Assembly: GCA_963705305.1 (NCBI GenBank)
Contig: OY970067.1
Coordinates: forward strand, 5,312,001 to 5,376,000
Origin: an uncultured Methylomirabilota bacterium
GTDB taxonomy: Bacteria; Methylomirabilota; Methylomirabilia; Methylomirabilales; 2-02-FULL-66-22
DNA: 64,000 nucleotides
Direction of reading: 5' to 3'
In this document: in pieces, positions 48,357 through 58,735 of the stretch
How positions within the stretch are numbered: the first letter of the stretch is position 1
How the letters are laid out: each line of letters opens with the position of its first letter
Position numbers and translations under genes: made by a program
The notes under the pieces: model-generated
What the model was told of the DNA's origin: nothing
The model's database searches: none
Seen by the model: the letters and a program-made list of their open reading frames with translations, nothing else

Positions 48357-49393
48357 TCAGAGAGCGATATCCGGCCAGGTGTCGATCGGGTCGGTGGAGC
48401 GCACCACGTGCATCCCCGCGCCGGCGAATCGGCGGAAGGCCGCATCCGCCTCATCCGTGAAATCCACGACCCCGGGCACCACCACCGGCGACGTGCAGTC
48501 CTCCAGGAGGTACATCTTCTCGACCAGGCGCGGGTCCCGCGCCATAACCTCCGTGAGCAGGTCGTCGACGGTCCAGGCCACGCAGTGACTCTTGGCCTGC
48601 CCCGCGATGATCATCACGTCGAAGCTCAGCAGGCGCCGGAGGAACTCCGGATCGTGCGGAGCGATCGGCTCGCTCCCGGGTCCCTCCCGGACCTCGGGAT
48701 GCAAGACCGAGTAGTGCTCGGTCAGGGGGTTGTCGCCTTTGATCTGAAAGCGCGTCTGGCTGGCCCGCGCCACGCAATGGAAGAAGAGCGTCTCCTCCAC
48801 GGCCGACACCAACGCATGGCCGATCCCGCCGAGCATGGAATGGTACGGCCACACCGTCAGCGGGTACTTCCCGCGGCCGGCCAGCGTCCGCACGTAGTGC
48901 AGCGCGAACCGTTGGAGCCGCTGGATGTCCCCCCCGCCACGCTGGACGCCGCCACAGGATTGGGGCGCCACGCCCCCTCCTCGACATCTGCCGGCGAGAT
49001 GACCGTATGCGGCGCGGGGTGCTCGCCCGCGTCGTTGATCCAGAAGAGGGGATGAAAGATCTGAAGGGCGGTATGGGTGTCCATGGTCGGAACGATCTCG
49101 GTGATGAGGCCCATGTTCCGATACACGAACTCGCACAGGCGGATGTTGTCCTCCACCGCGCCGTTTCCCGACCGGCCGCCCACGAAGAGCTCGAACTCGG
49201 GGAGGCAGAACGTGTTTTGGCAGTCGACGATCACCAGGCATACGCGCGTCGCGTCGTCCGCCGCGGGCCGCAGATCGTGGCGCTTGGCCCAGGCTGCCGC
49301 CTCCTCGGCCCGCGCTTGGTAGGGAACCCGCCAGACCCTCCCGACCGCGCGCGGATCAAAGTGGGGCGGGACGGGAAGCTGCCGGGCGCTCAT
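48357..49393 (-). pseudogene. Isochorismatase/nicotinamidase-family cysteine hydrolase split by a frameshift at C7 (48929-48935)
   Basis: N-half ([20 protein letters not shown]) and C-half ([33 protein letters not shown]) lie in different frames; one added G restores ...VAGGDIQ... Confidence 0.85.
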
Positions 49394-49473
49394 GCCTCAC
49401 CGCCTGGTCCGCCCTCGCCGGTGCCGCTCCGGCAGAACTTCTCCTGCACGTCAGCGATGATCAACCCCTCCAT
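49390..49473 (-). pseudogene. 27-aa remnant of a PncA-like hydrolase N-terminus
   Basis: RBS GGAGGT; MEGLIIADVQEKFC resembles the ALIIVDVQNDFC motif. Its stop overlaps the next ATG (ATGA). Confidence 0.5.
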
Positions 49474-49619
49474 CGCCGGACCTCCCGGGGTCATCATGGC
49501 TCTGCCCCATGGGGGCCATCTCGGCAGTGCAGCGGGACGGTCCTTCGTTGACCCAGTAGAGACACCGGAACGCCTGTTGCGCATCACGCGCCGCCGCTCC
49601 CCTGCGCCCCTGCCGGGTC

Positions 49620-50270
49620 TTATGCCGCCTGCTCCCGCATCTCCGCCACCGCCCCCCGCGGGTCCGGAGCGTGAAAGATCGCCGAGCCGGCCACCAGGAT
49701 CGTCGCCCCCGCCCGGACCACCTCCCGACAGTTCTCGATCCGGATCCCGCCGTCCACCTCCAGCTCCGGCCGCGGATTGATCCGCTGCAGCCAGCGGCCC
49801 AGCTCCTCCACTTTCTTGAGAACAAAGGGGATGAAGCTCTGCCCCCCGAACCCGGGGTTCACGGACATCAGGAGGACCAGATCCACCTGATCGAGGACGT
49901 TTTCCGCCGCGTGCAGAGAGGTGGAGGGGTTCAGCACCACGCCGGGCTTGACGCCGGCTTCCCGGATCTGCTGGATTGTTCGGTGCAGATGGGGACAGAC
50001 CTCGACGTGGACCGAGAGGTACGTGGCGCCCGCCTGGGCGAAGGCTTTGATGTATCGCTCCGGGTTCTGAATCATCAGGTGGACGTCCAGCGGGAGATGG
50101 GTCCGGCGGCGGATGGCCTCCACCACGACCGGGCCTACGGTCAGGTTGGGCACGAAGTGTCCGTCCATCACGTCCACGTGCAGCAGGTCCGCGACCGCCT
50201 CCACCTTGGCGATTTCCCCGGCCAGGTTGCCGAAGTCCGCCGACAGGATTGACGGAGCAATCTTGACCAT
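49620..50270 (-). CDS. rpe: Ribulose-phosphate 3-epimerase
   Basis: IAPSILSADF, HVDVMDGHFVPNLT, DVHLM, MSVNPGFGGQ, EVDGG, VAGSAIF. Confidence 0.97.
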   Translation of the reverse strand: MVKIAPSILSADFGNLAGEIAKVEAVADLLHVDVMDGHFVPNLTVGPVVVEAIRRRTHLPLDVHLMIQNPERYIKAFAQAGATYLSVHVEVCPHLHRTIQQIREAGVKPGVVLNPSTSLHAAENVLDQVDLVLLMSVNPGFGGQSFIPFVLKKVEELGRWLQRINPRPELEVDGGIRIENCREVVRAGATILVAGSAIFHAPDPRGAVAEMREQAA

Positions 50271-50312
50271 GGTCCCTCCTTCGGCCCGGAGCCACCCCTT
50301 CGGTCGCCGAAT

Positions 50313-51065
50313 CTATTCCCCGACGACGATTCGAACCTGCCCGCCGACCTTTACCTGCCCGCCCGGCGGCGGGTCCTGCGCGATCACACGCCCTTCACGG
50401 GAGGGGGCCCGCTCGAAGCCCATCCGCACCTCCAGCTGGAGCTCCTTCAAGAGGTTCAGCGCCGTCACCGTCTCCCGGCCCAGGAGGTCGGGAACCGTGA
50501 CCATGTCCTCCCAGGGCCCCACACTCTCCAGCAGATGGACCGTCTCCCCGCGGATGGCCATGGCCCCCTCGGGCGGATCCTGCGCGATGACCAGCCCCCG
50601 CGCGTGGACCTCCGAGTGGATCTCGGTGATGGGCCCCAGCGTGAGGCCCGCTTCGGCCAGGACCTGCTTGGCCTGGGACAGATCCATCCCTGCCACGTTG
50701 GGGACGGCCAGCCGGTCCGTTCCTCGGCTGACGAATAGACGCACCTCGCTGTCGGCCTTGACGCGCATGCCTCGCGGGGGGCGCTGCTGGGTGATATGCC
50801 CTTTGGGGATGGTAGAGCTGAACTCCTCGGCTGCCACATGGGGCGTCAGGCCGGCTTCGCGAAGCAGGGCGCCGGCCGCCACCGAATCCAGGCCCACGAC
50901 ATTGGGAACCTCGACTTTGTCCGGCTCCATCGACAGGTACATGGCCACGGCGAAGGAAACGAGGCCCAGGGCCGTGAAGCTCGTGAGGATGGCCGCGGCC
51001 TTCAGCAGCCGGTAGGCAAACCGGCGCAGCCGGGAGGGCCGATCTTCCGAATACAAGGTCAGCAT
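50313..51065 (-). CDS. Membrane-anchored protein with three PASTA domains
   Basis: One TM, then VPNVVG / VPNVAG / VPDLLG repeats each with (V/I)xxQxP; no kinase domain. Confidence 0.9.
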   Translation of the reverse strand: MLTLYSEDRPSRLRRFAYRLLKAAAILTSFTALGLVSFAVAMYLSMEPDKVEVPNVVGLDSVAAGALLREAGLTPHVAAEEFSSTIPKGHITQQRPPRGMRVKADSEVRLFVSRGTDRLAVPNVAGMDLSQAKQVLAEAGLTLGPITEIHSEVHARGLVIAQDPPEGAMAIRGETVHLLESVGPWEDMVTVPDLLGRETVTALNLLKELQLEVRMGFERAPSREGRVIAQDPPPGGQVKVGGQVRIVVGE

Positions 51066-52405
51066 GCTCGACGAAACCGCGCCACGAAGAAGCTGTCCGT
51101 CCCATGGCGATGCGGCCAGGCCCGCAGCCACCCGGCCTGAACGAACGCGCCGGGCACAGAGAGGGCGTCACCCGCCTCCGGACTGATATCCGCCGGTGTG
51201 AACTCGGGCCGGCTGGCCAGGAAGGCGGCCACAACCGCATCCGTTTCTTCGGGCTCCAGGCTGCAGGTGCTGTACACCAGCAGACCCCCCGGCGCCACAG
51301 CCGGAGCCACCCCGGCGAGGAGCTCCTGCTGCAGCGCCGCCATTCGCTCCAGGTCGTCAGGGCGCCGGCGCCACTTGATCTCCGGCCGGCGCCGGATCGT
51401 CCCCAGGCCGGTGCACGGCGCGTCCAGCAGCACCCGCGGGAACGCTCCGGGCCACTTCGCCCCCGCCGCGCGGGCGTCTCCCAGGTGCGGCCGAACGCGG
51501 GAGCAGCCCAGCCGTCGCACGGCGGTTTCAAGGCGCCGGACGGCGCGTGGACTGCGATCGAGGGCCACGACTTCCCCCGCCGGTCCCACCGCGGCCGCGA
51601 TGAGCGCGCCCTTACTGCCGCCCCCGGCGCACGCGTCCAGGACCCGCTGCCCCGGCGCCAGCTCCAGCGCCAGCACCGGGAGGGCGCCCGCCTCGTCCAT
51701 CGGGAGGAACACGCCGTCCGCGAAGCCGGGCAGGTCGGCCGGGCTGCCGGCCCCCCGCAGCGTGAGAGCGCCGGGAGCCCAGCGGCCGGCGGCCACCTCG
51801 ATGCTCGCGTCCTCCAGGGCCCGGCGCGCCTCCTCGACCCCGGCCCGCAGGCGGTTCACCATCAGCGTGAGGGGCGGCACGGCGTTGTTGGCCGCCATGA
51901 GCTGTCCCGCTTCCTCGGGACCGAGTCGGGCAATCCAGCGCGCCGCCAGCCATTCCGGGTGGGACCCCAGGGTCCCCCAGTAGCGGACCGGATCGGCCGC
52001 CGGGTCTGGCTCGGGGCCGTCGGTGCGGCGCGCGACCGCCCGCAGGACGGCATTGATGTAGCCCGCACTGCGCCCCGCCCCACAGGCTCGGGCCAGGCCC
52101 ACCGTCTCGTCCACCGCCGCGAAATCCGGGATACGGTCGAGACAGCGCAGCTGGTACGCCCCCAGACGGAGGAGGTGCCGGACCGCCGGGTCCAGCGCCT
52201 CCAGCCGCCGGTCAAGGCGGGGGGTCAAGATCCAGTCCAGCTTTCCCCGCCAGCGCAGGACGCCGTAGACCAGCTCCGTAGCCAGCGCCCGGTCCGGGCC
52301 GCCGAGCCCGCTGCCGCGCAGCCGCGCGTCCAGCAGCAGATTCGCATATGCGCCCGTGGTCTCGACCCGGCGGAGGATCTCCAGTGCCAGCGCCCGCGGA
52401 TTCAC
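51059..52405 (-). CDS. rsmB: 16S rRNA (C967-C5)-methyltransferase RsmB/Sun
   Basis: NusB-like N-domain (ELVYGVLR, LRLGAYQL, INAVLR), SHPEWL, VLDACAG, LLDAPCTGLG, YSTCS. Confidence 0.93.
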   Translation of the reverse strand: MNPRALALEILRRVETTGAYANLLLDARLRGSGLGGPDRALATELVYGVLRWRGKLDWILTPRLDRRLEALDPAVRHLLRLGAYQLRCLDRIPDFAAVDETVGLARACGAGRSAGYINAVLRAVARRTDGPEPDPAADPVRYWGTLGSHPEWLAARWIARLGPEEAGQLMAANNAVPPLTLMVNRLRAGVEEARRALEDASIEVAAGRWAPGALTLRGAGSPADLPGFADGVFLPMDEAGALPVLALELAPGQRVLDACAGGGSKGALIAAAVGPAGEVVALDRSPRAVRRLETAVRRLGCSRVRPHLGDARAAGAKWPGAFPRVLLDAPCTGLGTIRRRPEIKWRRRPDDLERMAALQQELLAGVAPAVAPGGLLVYSTCSLEPEETDAVVAAFLASRPEFTPADISPEAGDALSVPGAFVQAGWLRAWPHRHGTDSFFVARFRRAC

Positions 52406-52454
52406 GCCAGCCCGGCGGGGAGGCGACACGGGGCGTCGGCTCTCCGCTGCGGGC

Positions 52455-53381
52455 CTAGGCAAGGCGCGCCCCGACCCCGAGCCGCTGGCCCCGCGCAAAT
52501 TCCCCTCCCGACATCCGTCGCTTCCCCTCCGGCTGGACCTCCAGCAGCACCAGAGACCCCGCCCCCGTCCCCAGAACCGGCCCGGAGTCCTCCACGGCCA
52601 GCACGAAACCGGGCGGGCCCGTCGCGGCCCGGGCCTCGGTCCGCAGGACCTTCAACCGTCGGCCGTCCGGGAGGGTCAGGTACGCCCCGGGGACCGGCGC
52701 CAGACCGCGCACCCGGTTGGCCAGGCTGCGGGCGTCCTGCGCCAAATCCAGCCGGCAGTCCCCGTCGCCAAGCTTGGGGGCAAACGTGACCCTCGATTCG
52801 TCCTGGGGCGCCCAGGTCGCATCGCCGTGCTCCAGCTTGTCGAGCGCCTCCGCCAGCGCCTTCGCGCCCAGGGCTGCCAGCCGGTCGTGGAGCGAACCGG
52901 CATCGTCCGCGGGATGGATGGGACACGAGCGCTGGAGCAGGACGGGCCCCGCGTCCATGGCCTGCTCCACTCGCATGATGGTGACCCCCGTCTCGGCCTC
53001 GCCCGCGATCAGCGCCCAGTTGATGGGCGCGGCCCCTCGGTATCTGGGCAGCAGGGAGGCGTGGACGTTGACGCAGCCCAGCGGCGGAAGCTCGCGGACG
53101 GGGCGCGGCAGGAATTGCCCGAACGCCACGACGATGATGGCCGCCGGCCGGGACTCCGCCAGCTCTGCCAGGACGGCCGGATGGCTCAGCGTCTCCGGCT
53201 GGAGCAGGCGCAGCTTGTGCCGCTGGGCGGCCAGCTTCACCGCCGGCGGCCTGAGATCCCGCCCTCGCCCCACCGGCCGATCGGGCTGAGTCACCACCAA
53301 GGCCACCTCGTTTCCCTCGGCCAGCACTCCCTCCAGGGACGGCACGGCAAAGGCCGGGCTGCCCATGAAGACCACACGCAT
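52455..53381 (-). CDS. fmt: Methionyl-tRNA formyltransferase
   Basis: VFMGSPAFA, VTQPDRP, VVAFGQ, NVHASLLPRYRGAAPI, MDAG. Confidence 0.96.
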   Translation of the reverse strand: MRVVFMGSPAFAVPSLEGVLAEGNEVALVVTQPDRPVGRGRDLRPPAVKLAAQRHKLRLLQPETLSHPAVLAELAESRPAAIIVVAFGQFLPRPVRELPPLGCVNVHASLLPRYRGAAPINWALIAGEAETGVTIMRVEQAMDAGPVLLQRSCPIHPADDAGSLHDRLAALGAKALAEALDKLEHGDATWAPQDESRVTFAPKLGDGDCRLDLAQDARSLANRVRGLAPVPGAYLTLPDGRRLKVLRTEARAATGPPGFVLAVEDSGPVLGTGAGSLVLLEVQPEGKRRMSGGEFARGQRLGVGARLA

Positions 53382-53923
53382 CACCCCGCGCTCCCCGGGC
53401 CCCCCGCGGGGCCGCCGCCGGCGCCGGCCGGCCTCGCCCACAGCGACTGGATGACCTCATCCATACGGAGGCGGTGCGTTCCAGGCCAGTAGATGCGCCC
53501 GCAGCGCACGCACGTCCAGAAGGCGTCGTGATGCTCCCAGATGAATTCGGGGACGAGGCCTTCGACGGCCGCCTTGCTGCTGGGCTCCAGGACGGTGTTG
53601 CAGCGCAGGCACCGGCGGGCTGGCGGCACGCCGGGATCCAGGCCCAGCGTCTCCACCACCTGACGTACCTGCTCCCTGACGTGATCGCTCGCGATGAACA
53701 GATGGGGCGGCAGGTGGCCGCGCCGCAGGAGGCGCGTGTCGCGGGTCAGGAGCATTCGCCCGTCGCGCCAGGCCTGGTGCAGAAGGGCGTCGTCCTCGCC
53801 TCGAAAGTACTCCGTGTCGTACCCCAGGATGCGCAGCCAGGTGGCCAGGCGGCCCAGCATCGCGTCGGCCAGGAAACGGGGAGGCAATGTGGGGGCGCCG
53901 GCCGGCTGCGACTGGCTCTCCAT
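53381..53923 (-). CDS. Mut7-C RNase domain protein (PIN-like with Zn ribbon)
   Basis: FLADAMLGRLATWLRILGYDT, LLTRD, RCLRCN, CVRCGRIYWPGTH. Confidence 0.92.
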   Translation of the reverse strand: MESQSQPAGAPTLPPRFLADAMLGRLATWLRILGYDTEYFRGEDDALLHQAWRDGRMLLTRDTRLLRRGHLPPHLFIASDHVREQVRQVVETLGLDPGVPPARRCLRCNTVLEPSSKAAVEGLVPEFIWEHHDAFWTCVRCGRIYWPGTHRLRMDEVIQSLWARPAGAGGGPAGGPGSAG

Positions 53924-54215
53924 GTTTCAATCCTAACATACTTGCCGGCGCTGCCGAAATCTTTTGGAGCGGACCCCCGATCCCTTCGAGGGCCGTATGC
54001 ACGAACAGGCCGGCCGGTCCGGGTTCACCCGGAAAATGGTGCATACGCGGATCTGCGCTCCGTTAGGCCCCGTGGCGTGTCTGGGGAGAGTATGGCGCAA
54101 TCGGTGGGGCCGCGGGGAGGGCTCGTGGCATCGCACAACTTGCCAACATTCGCTCCGACGAGCGGGCCGTGGATATAGCCCCTCACGCATGGGCGAGCGT
54201 CCGCATCCAGATCCG

Positions 54216-54590
54216 TCAGCGCGAGGGATTCCCGGGCGTCCGCTCATGCGGGGGAGAGGGGCCGCCTGGCGGCGGCAGGGGGGTGGAGACGACCCAGAAG
54301 CAGAGCAGGACCACCAACGTCAGCCAGAACACGGTGAAGGCGAGCCGCCGGCCGTGCCAGAGGCTGGCCCCCCACTCGCGCAACCCCTCCGCGAGCTCGT
54401 TGGCCTTGCCCCCGTAGACTTCCATCTCGCGGAGATACTGCTTGCGGTCCGCCGGGTCATACCCCAGGGGGTTGGGGGGAACGGGGGTGGCGGTGAGGTA
54501 GATCCCCAGCGCCGTCCCGAGGCCCACCCCCGCAATGCCGAGGGCAATAAACCGGCGACGCATCTGGAGGCGTCCCGTGTTCCACATCAT
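54216..54590 (-). CDS. Small two-TM hypothetical membrane protein
   Basis: TM1 (FIALGIAGVGLGTALGIYL), loop KQYLREMEVYGGKAN, SLWHG, TM2. Confidence 0.7.
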   Translation of the reverse strand: MMWNTGRLQMRRRFIALGIAGVGLGTALGIYLTATPVPPNPLGYDPADRKQYLREMEVYGGKANELAEGLREWGASLWHGRRLAFTVFWLTLVVLLCFWVVSTPLPPPGGPSPPHERTPGNPSR

Positions 54591-54933
54591 GTCATCCAAC
54601 CTGCAGCGGGCGGCGGCCGGGACCAGCACGGGCTCCCCCCGGCTGGGCCGCCTCCGGCAGCGGCGGCGGCGCACCACCGTTCCTCGGGATGTCGGCCGTC
54701 GCCGGCCACCCAAGCAGCAGCCCGGGATTCGGCTCTCCCGGGCCGCTCATGAGGCTCCTCTCAGCACCCCCAGCGCTGAAGAAACAGCAAGGCCCTGGGC
54801 ACACGGAGGAGGGAGCCGCACCCAGGGCCCCGCGCACCGGAAGGCTTTGGCCTCCCGGATCTGTATTCCATGTCCGCCGCTCACCCCGGGCGGCGGCAGT
54901 CGGACTGCCGGCTGGCCCGGTCACGAGCCTTCG

Positions 54934-55506
54934 TCACTGTGCCCGGTGCATCGTCCCTGCGCAGGCATCCCGGACCAGGAACGGATTCGTCGCCTGGGCC
55001 AGGAGGAACGGGGGGGTGGCCGCCAGCAGGACGCGCGGGGTCCCGTCCTGCAGGCTGCCGCTCTCACCCCCGCCCTGGTTGGGCGCCTGGTACTCGAAGA
55101 GCAGATCGAAGCGGACCTCCTGTCCCGTCGTCGGCAGCTCCATCTTGAAGGGGGCGGACTGCATCGGGCTCAGCACCACGTTGGTCAGGACGTCGCGGGC
55201 TTCCGCGACGGTCCTGCCCCGGGCGTTGACGCCGATCACGGTGAACGCGAGCGAGCGGACCTCCGGCTGCATGAGGTTGAAGGCCAGCCCCTGCAGCACG
55301 AGCGCCTGGGGCGTGGGCCGTGTACAGTTCCAGAAGACTTCTATGTCCGTGGTGGTTCGCTGATGGGTGAACCCGGGCGGCGGGTAGGGGGCCTGCTCCG
55401 CGCCCGGCTGGGCGGGGCCGGGGACCCCGGCGCAGGCGGCCAGGCCGCCCGCCAGGAGGACCAACAGCCCGAGGGGAATCCAGCGTCTCCGTCGCATCTT
55501 CGTCAC
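54934..55506 (-). CDS. Hypothetical lipoprotein
   Basis: GGAGG RBS; basic N-terminus, hydrophobic stretch and LAAC lipobox; beta-rich body with two further Cys. Confidence 0.7.
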   Translation of the reverse strand: MTKMRRRRWIPLGLLVLLAGGLAACAGVPGPAQPGAEQAPYPPPGFTHQRTTTDIEVFWNCTRPTPQALVLQGLAFNLMQPEVRSLAFTVIGVNARGRTVAEARDVLTNVVLSPMQSAPFKMELPTTGQEVRFDLLFEYQAPNQGGGESGSLQDGTPRVLLAATPPFLLAQATNPFLVRDACAGTMHRAQ

Positions 55507-55926
55507 CTCCTCTGGGGCCGTCGGCCCCTTCAGCCGGGCGTCTCTGGGGGGGGTGTCCCGGCCTCCCGGACAGCCGGGACATATCGGCAGGCCGCCCCCG
55601 CGATTCCACTGCTCAGCAGGGCTCCCGCCAAGATGTCAGAGGGAAAACGTGCCCCCTGGACCCCGTGCGGCGACCCGACCAGCCCGGCCACTCCCAGGAA
55701 AACCACCGGCCGGACGCGGCAGGCGACGTTCTTCACATGGTGGTCCAGGGGGCCGGCGGGCCGCCACGGTCCCCGCCCCGCCGGCCCAACGGCCCGGGGC
55801 AGCTGTGACCCACCCTCTTCCCTTACAGTACGCGGGCGGCCTGACCCCTGTTTCACGGCAGACGCCGAAACTCCACCGGAGATCAAGAAGCCAGAAAATT
55901 GGAGGGGCCAAAGGAGCCGCCGGAAA

Positions 55927-56205
55927 CAGACCGGGCTGCGGGGCGGGCACCTGGATGTGGCCATCGCCGCCCAGGAGTTCCTCCTGGGCGGCGACATCAT
56001 CACCCGAATCAACGGGCAGCCGGTGGATACGCCCGAACGGCTCACACACGTGCTGCGCGGCTTACAAGTTGGGGACACGCTTCATCTGGAGCTTGCGCGA
56101 GACGGCCAGCCCCTGGACCTGACGCTGGTCCTCACCGAGCGACCGATTCTCCCCCAAGACATTCAGACCGACGGCTCCATGGCTCGGACATCACGCAGGC
56201 CGTGA
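55927..56205 (+). pseudogene. C-terminal PDZ fragment of an HtrA-like protease
   Basis: GLRGG...LLGGDIITRINGQPV...LQVGDTLHLELARDG; no protease domain or credible start upstream. Confidence 0.65.
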
Positions 56206-56300
56206 GCACGACGCGGCGGGGATTGCCCATGCGGGCCGGCCGCGCTCCGAATGGTGCCCGGCGGGCGGGGTGGCCACCCCGCCCGCCGGTGTGTTGCGGG

Positions 56301-58196
56301 CTACTCCTCCAGCGTCGAGAGGTCCCCCTCCGGCAGCCCCTGGGCGCGCGCCTTCAGGACGCGCCGCATGATCTTCCCCGAGCGCGTTTTGGGCAAGCTG
56401 TCCACGAAGGTGACCTGCTCGGGCCGGGCGATGGGTCCCACATGCTGGCCCACGTGCTGCCGCACCTCCTCCGACAGGGCGTCGGAGGGCGCGAAGCCCG
56501 TGCGCAGGATGCAGTAGGCATGAATAGCCTGGCCCCTGACCTCATGGGGCAGGCCGATCGCCGCCGCCTCGGCCACCGCAGGGTGGCTGACCAGGGCGCT
56601 CTCGATCTCCGCGGTCCCCAGCCGGTACCCCGAGACCTTGATCACGTCGTCCACCCGCCCGATGATCCAGAAATAGCCGTCGGCGTCCCGCTTGGCCGAG
56701 TCGCCCGTTGTGTACCGGTCGGGGCCCAGGCTCCAGTACTGCTTGACGTACCGGTCGGGGTCTTTGTAGATCGTCCGCAGCATGGCGGGCCACGGCCGCT
56801 TGAGGATCAGATAGCCCTCCTCTCCATCGGGGACCGGCTTCCCGTGGGTGTCCACGATCTCAGCCTCCTGTCCGAAGAAGGGGCGCGTGCCGCTCCCGGG
56901 CTTCAGCGGCACCACCGGCGTGGGCGTGATCATGAACATGCCCGTCTCCGTCTGCCACCAGGTGTCCATGATAGGGCAGCGCTCCCCGCCGATGACCCGG
57001 TGGTACCACTTCCAGGCTCCCGGGTTGATGGGCTCGCCCACCGATCCCAGGAGGCGGAGGGAGGAGAGGTCGTGACGGCGGGGCCAGGACTCACCGAAGC
57101 GCATGAGGCCGCGGATGGCCGTGGGGGCGGTGTACAGGATGTTGATCCCGTACTTCTCGATCATGGACCACCAGCGGTGGGGATAGGGGTAGGTCGGGGC
57201 CCCTTCGTACATGAAGGAGGTAGCCCCCATCAGCAGAGGGCCGTAGACGATGTAGGAATGGCCCGTCACCCAGCCCGGGTCCGCCGCGCACCACCAGCGG
57301 TCTTCATCCTTGACGTCGAAGACGTATTTGAGGGTGCTGTAGATCCCCACCATGTACCCGCCGTGGACGTGGAGGACGGCCTTGGGCCTCCCCGTCGTGC
57401 CGGAGGTGTAGAGGATGTAGAGGGGATCCTCGGCGTCCATGATCTCGGTGGGGCAGTTGCGGTTCACGATGGGGAGCCGGAGCAGCTCGTGGTACCAGTA
57501 GTCGCGGCCCGGCTCCATGTTCACCGGCTGCTCCGTGCGCTGCACGACGATCGTGGACTCCACGGTCGGGCAGCGCTTGAGCGCCTCGTCCACGATCTTC
57601 TTCAGCTCGACGATCTTGCCGTTCATCCGGCCGCCGTCGGCGGTCAACACCACCTTCGACTGGGAGTCCTCGATCCGCCCCTGCAGGGAGTCCACGCTGA
57701 AGCCGCCGTACACGACCGAGTGGATGGCCCCGATCTTGGCGCACGCCAGCATGGCAATGACGATCTCGGGGATGCGGGGCATGTAGATGGTGACCCGGTC
57801 GCCCTTGTTGATCCCCATGGCGCGGAGAACGCTGGCGAACTGGCAGACCTCCCGGTTGAGCGCGTAGTAGGAGTAGGTGCGGACGTCTCCCGGCTCCCCG
57901 ACCCAGATGAGCGCCAGCTTGTTCTTGCGCCAGGTGTGCATATGCCGGTCCAGGCAATTGTGGACGATGTTCACCTGGCCCCCGACGAACCACTTGTAGA
58001 AGGGGGCCTGGCTGGCGTCCAGGACGCGGTCCCACTTTCGGTACCACTCCAGCTCGGCTGCCTCCTGGGCCCAGAAACCTTCCGGGTCGAGAGATGCGCG
58101 CTTGGCCGTCTCGTCCCAGTCTTTCAGCGACGCCTGCGCGATCACGTCGACCGAAGGATAGAATACCTCTCCGTTGAGCGACCCTGCCTTCGCCAT
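56301..58196 (-). CDS. acs: Acetate--CoA ligase (AMP-forming acetyl-CoA synthetase)
   Basis: [62 protein letters not shown]. Confidence 0.96.
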   Translation of the reverse strand: MAKAGSLNGEVFYPSVDVIAQASLKDWDETAKRASLDPEGFWAQEAAELEWYRKWDRVLDASQAPFYKWFVGGQVNIVHNCLDRHMHTWRKNKLALIWVGEPGDVRTYSYYALNREVCQFASVLRAMGINKGDRVTIYMPRIPEIVIAMLACAKIGAIHSVVYGGFSVDSLQGRIEDSQSKVVLTADGGRMNGKIVELKKIVDEALKRCPTVESTIVVQRTEQPVNMEPGRDYWYHELLRLPIVNRNCPTEIMDAEDPLYILYTSGTTGRPKAVLHVHGGYMVGIYSTLKYVFDVKDEDRWWCAADPGWVTGHSYIVYGPLLMGATSFMYEGAPTYPYPHRWWSMIEKYGINILYTAPTAIRGLMRFGESWPRRHDLSSLRLLGSVGEPINPGAWKWYHRVIGGERCPIMDTWWQTETGMFMITPTPVVPLKPGSGTRPFFGQEAEIVDTHGKPVPDGEEGYLILKRPWPAMLRTIYKDPDRYVKQYWSLGPDRYTTGDSAKRDADGYFWIIGRVDDVIKVSGYRLGTAEIESALVSHPAVAEAAAIGLPHEVRGQAIHAYCILRTGFAPSDALSEEVRQHVGQHVGPIARPEQVTFVDSLPKTRSGKIMRRVLKARAQGLPEGDLSTLEE

Positions 58197-58630
58197 GGCT
58201 TGTCCCCCCCCATTTTTTCGGCTGGTCGCGGATGCTCGACCGCCCCCTGTCCCGGCACAATACCGGACGAGGGTCGGAAAGAGTATTTCATACTTCCGCG
58301 CCAGCAGCTTAGTTCACCAACAAGTCGACCGATTCAGGCGAGGATGCAATACCGCCGACTGGACCGTCCGAATGGTGACCGGCCAGGCTGCACGCCCTCG
58401 CGGCAGCGCATGAAGAGCTCGGCACACTCCGGACAAATGCGGCCCGTCTCCGCGAGACCGGCCTTCTCGAAGGAAGACGCCAGCGCAGCAACCATCGAGA
58501 AAGCCGAGGCGATCCAACGGCCAAGGCTTGATCCGCGACCAGTCAGGATCCCTCCTCCGGCCCCGCAGTCGCGCCGCCCTCGTTCGGCCCCTGCGATGGA
58601 ACCTGTTCGCACCGGAGACTGGCTGCCCGG

Positions 58631-58675
58631 AAAAAACGAACGGCGAGGCGCCCCAACTATAGGGGCGCCTCGCCG
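58631..58675 (-). terminator. Rho-independent terminator downstream of satP
   Basis: Perfect 14-bp stem CGGCGAGGCGCCCC/GGGGCGCCTCGCCG with a 7-nt loop, followed by TTCGTTTTTT on the minus strand. Confidence 0.8.
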
Positions 58676-58735
58676 CCAGAAGATTCCGCCCGCCGGGTGT
58701 CCCGGGGGCGGGGCCAGGCCCCCGGTACCTTCAGA

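Noticed and set aside
58436..58530. AARLRETGLLEGRRQ, ArsR-like helix fragment between acs and satP
   Set aside because: Too short, with no start or upstream HTH.
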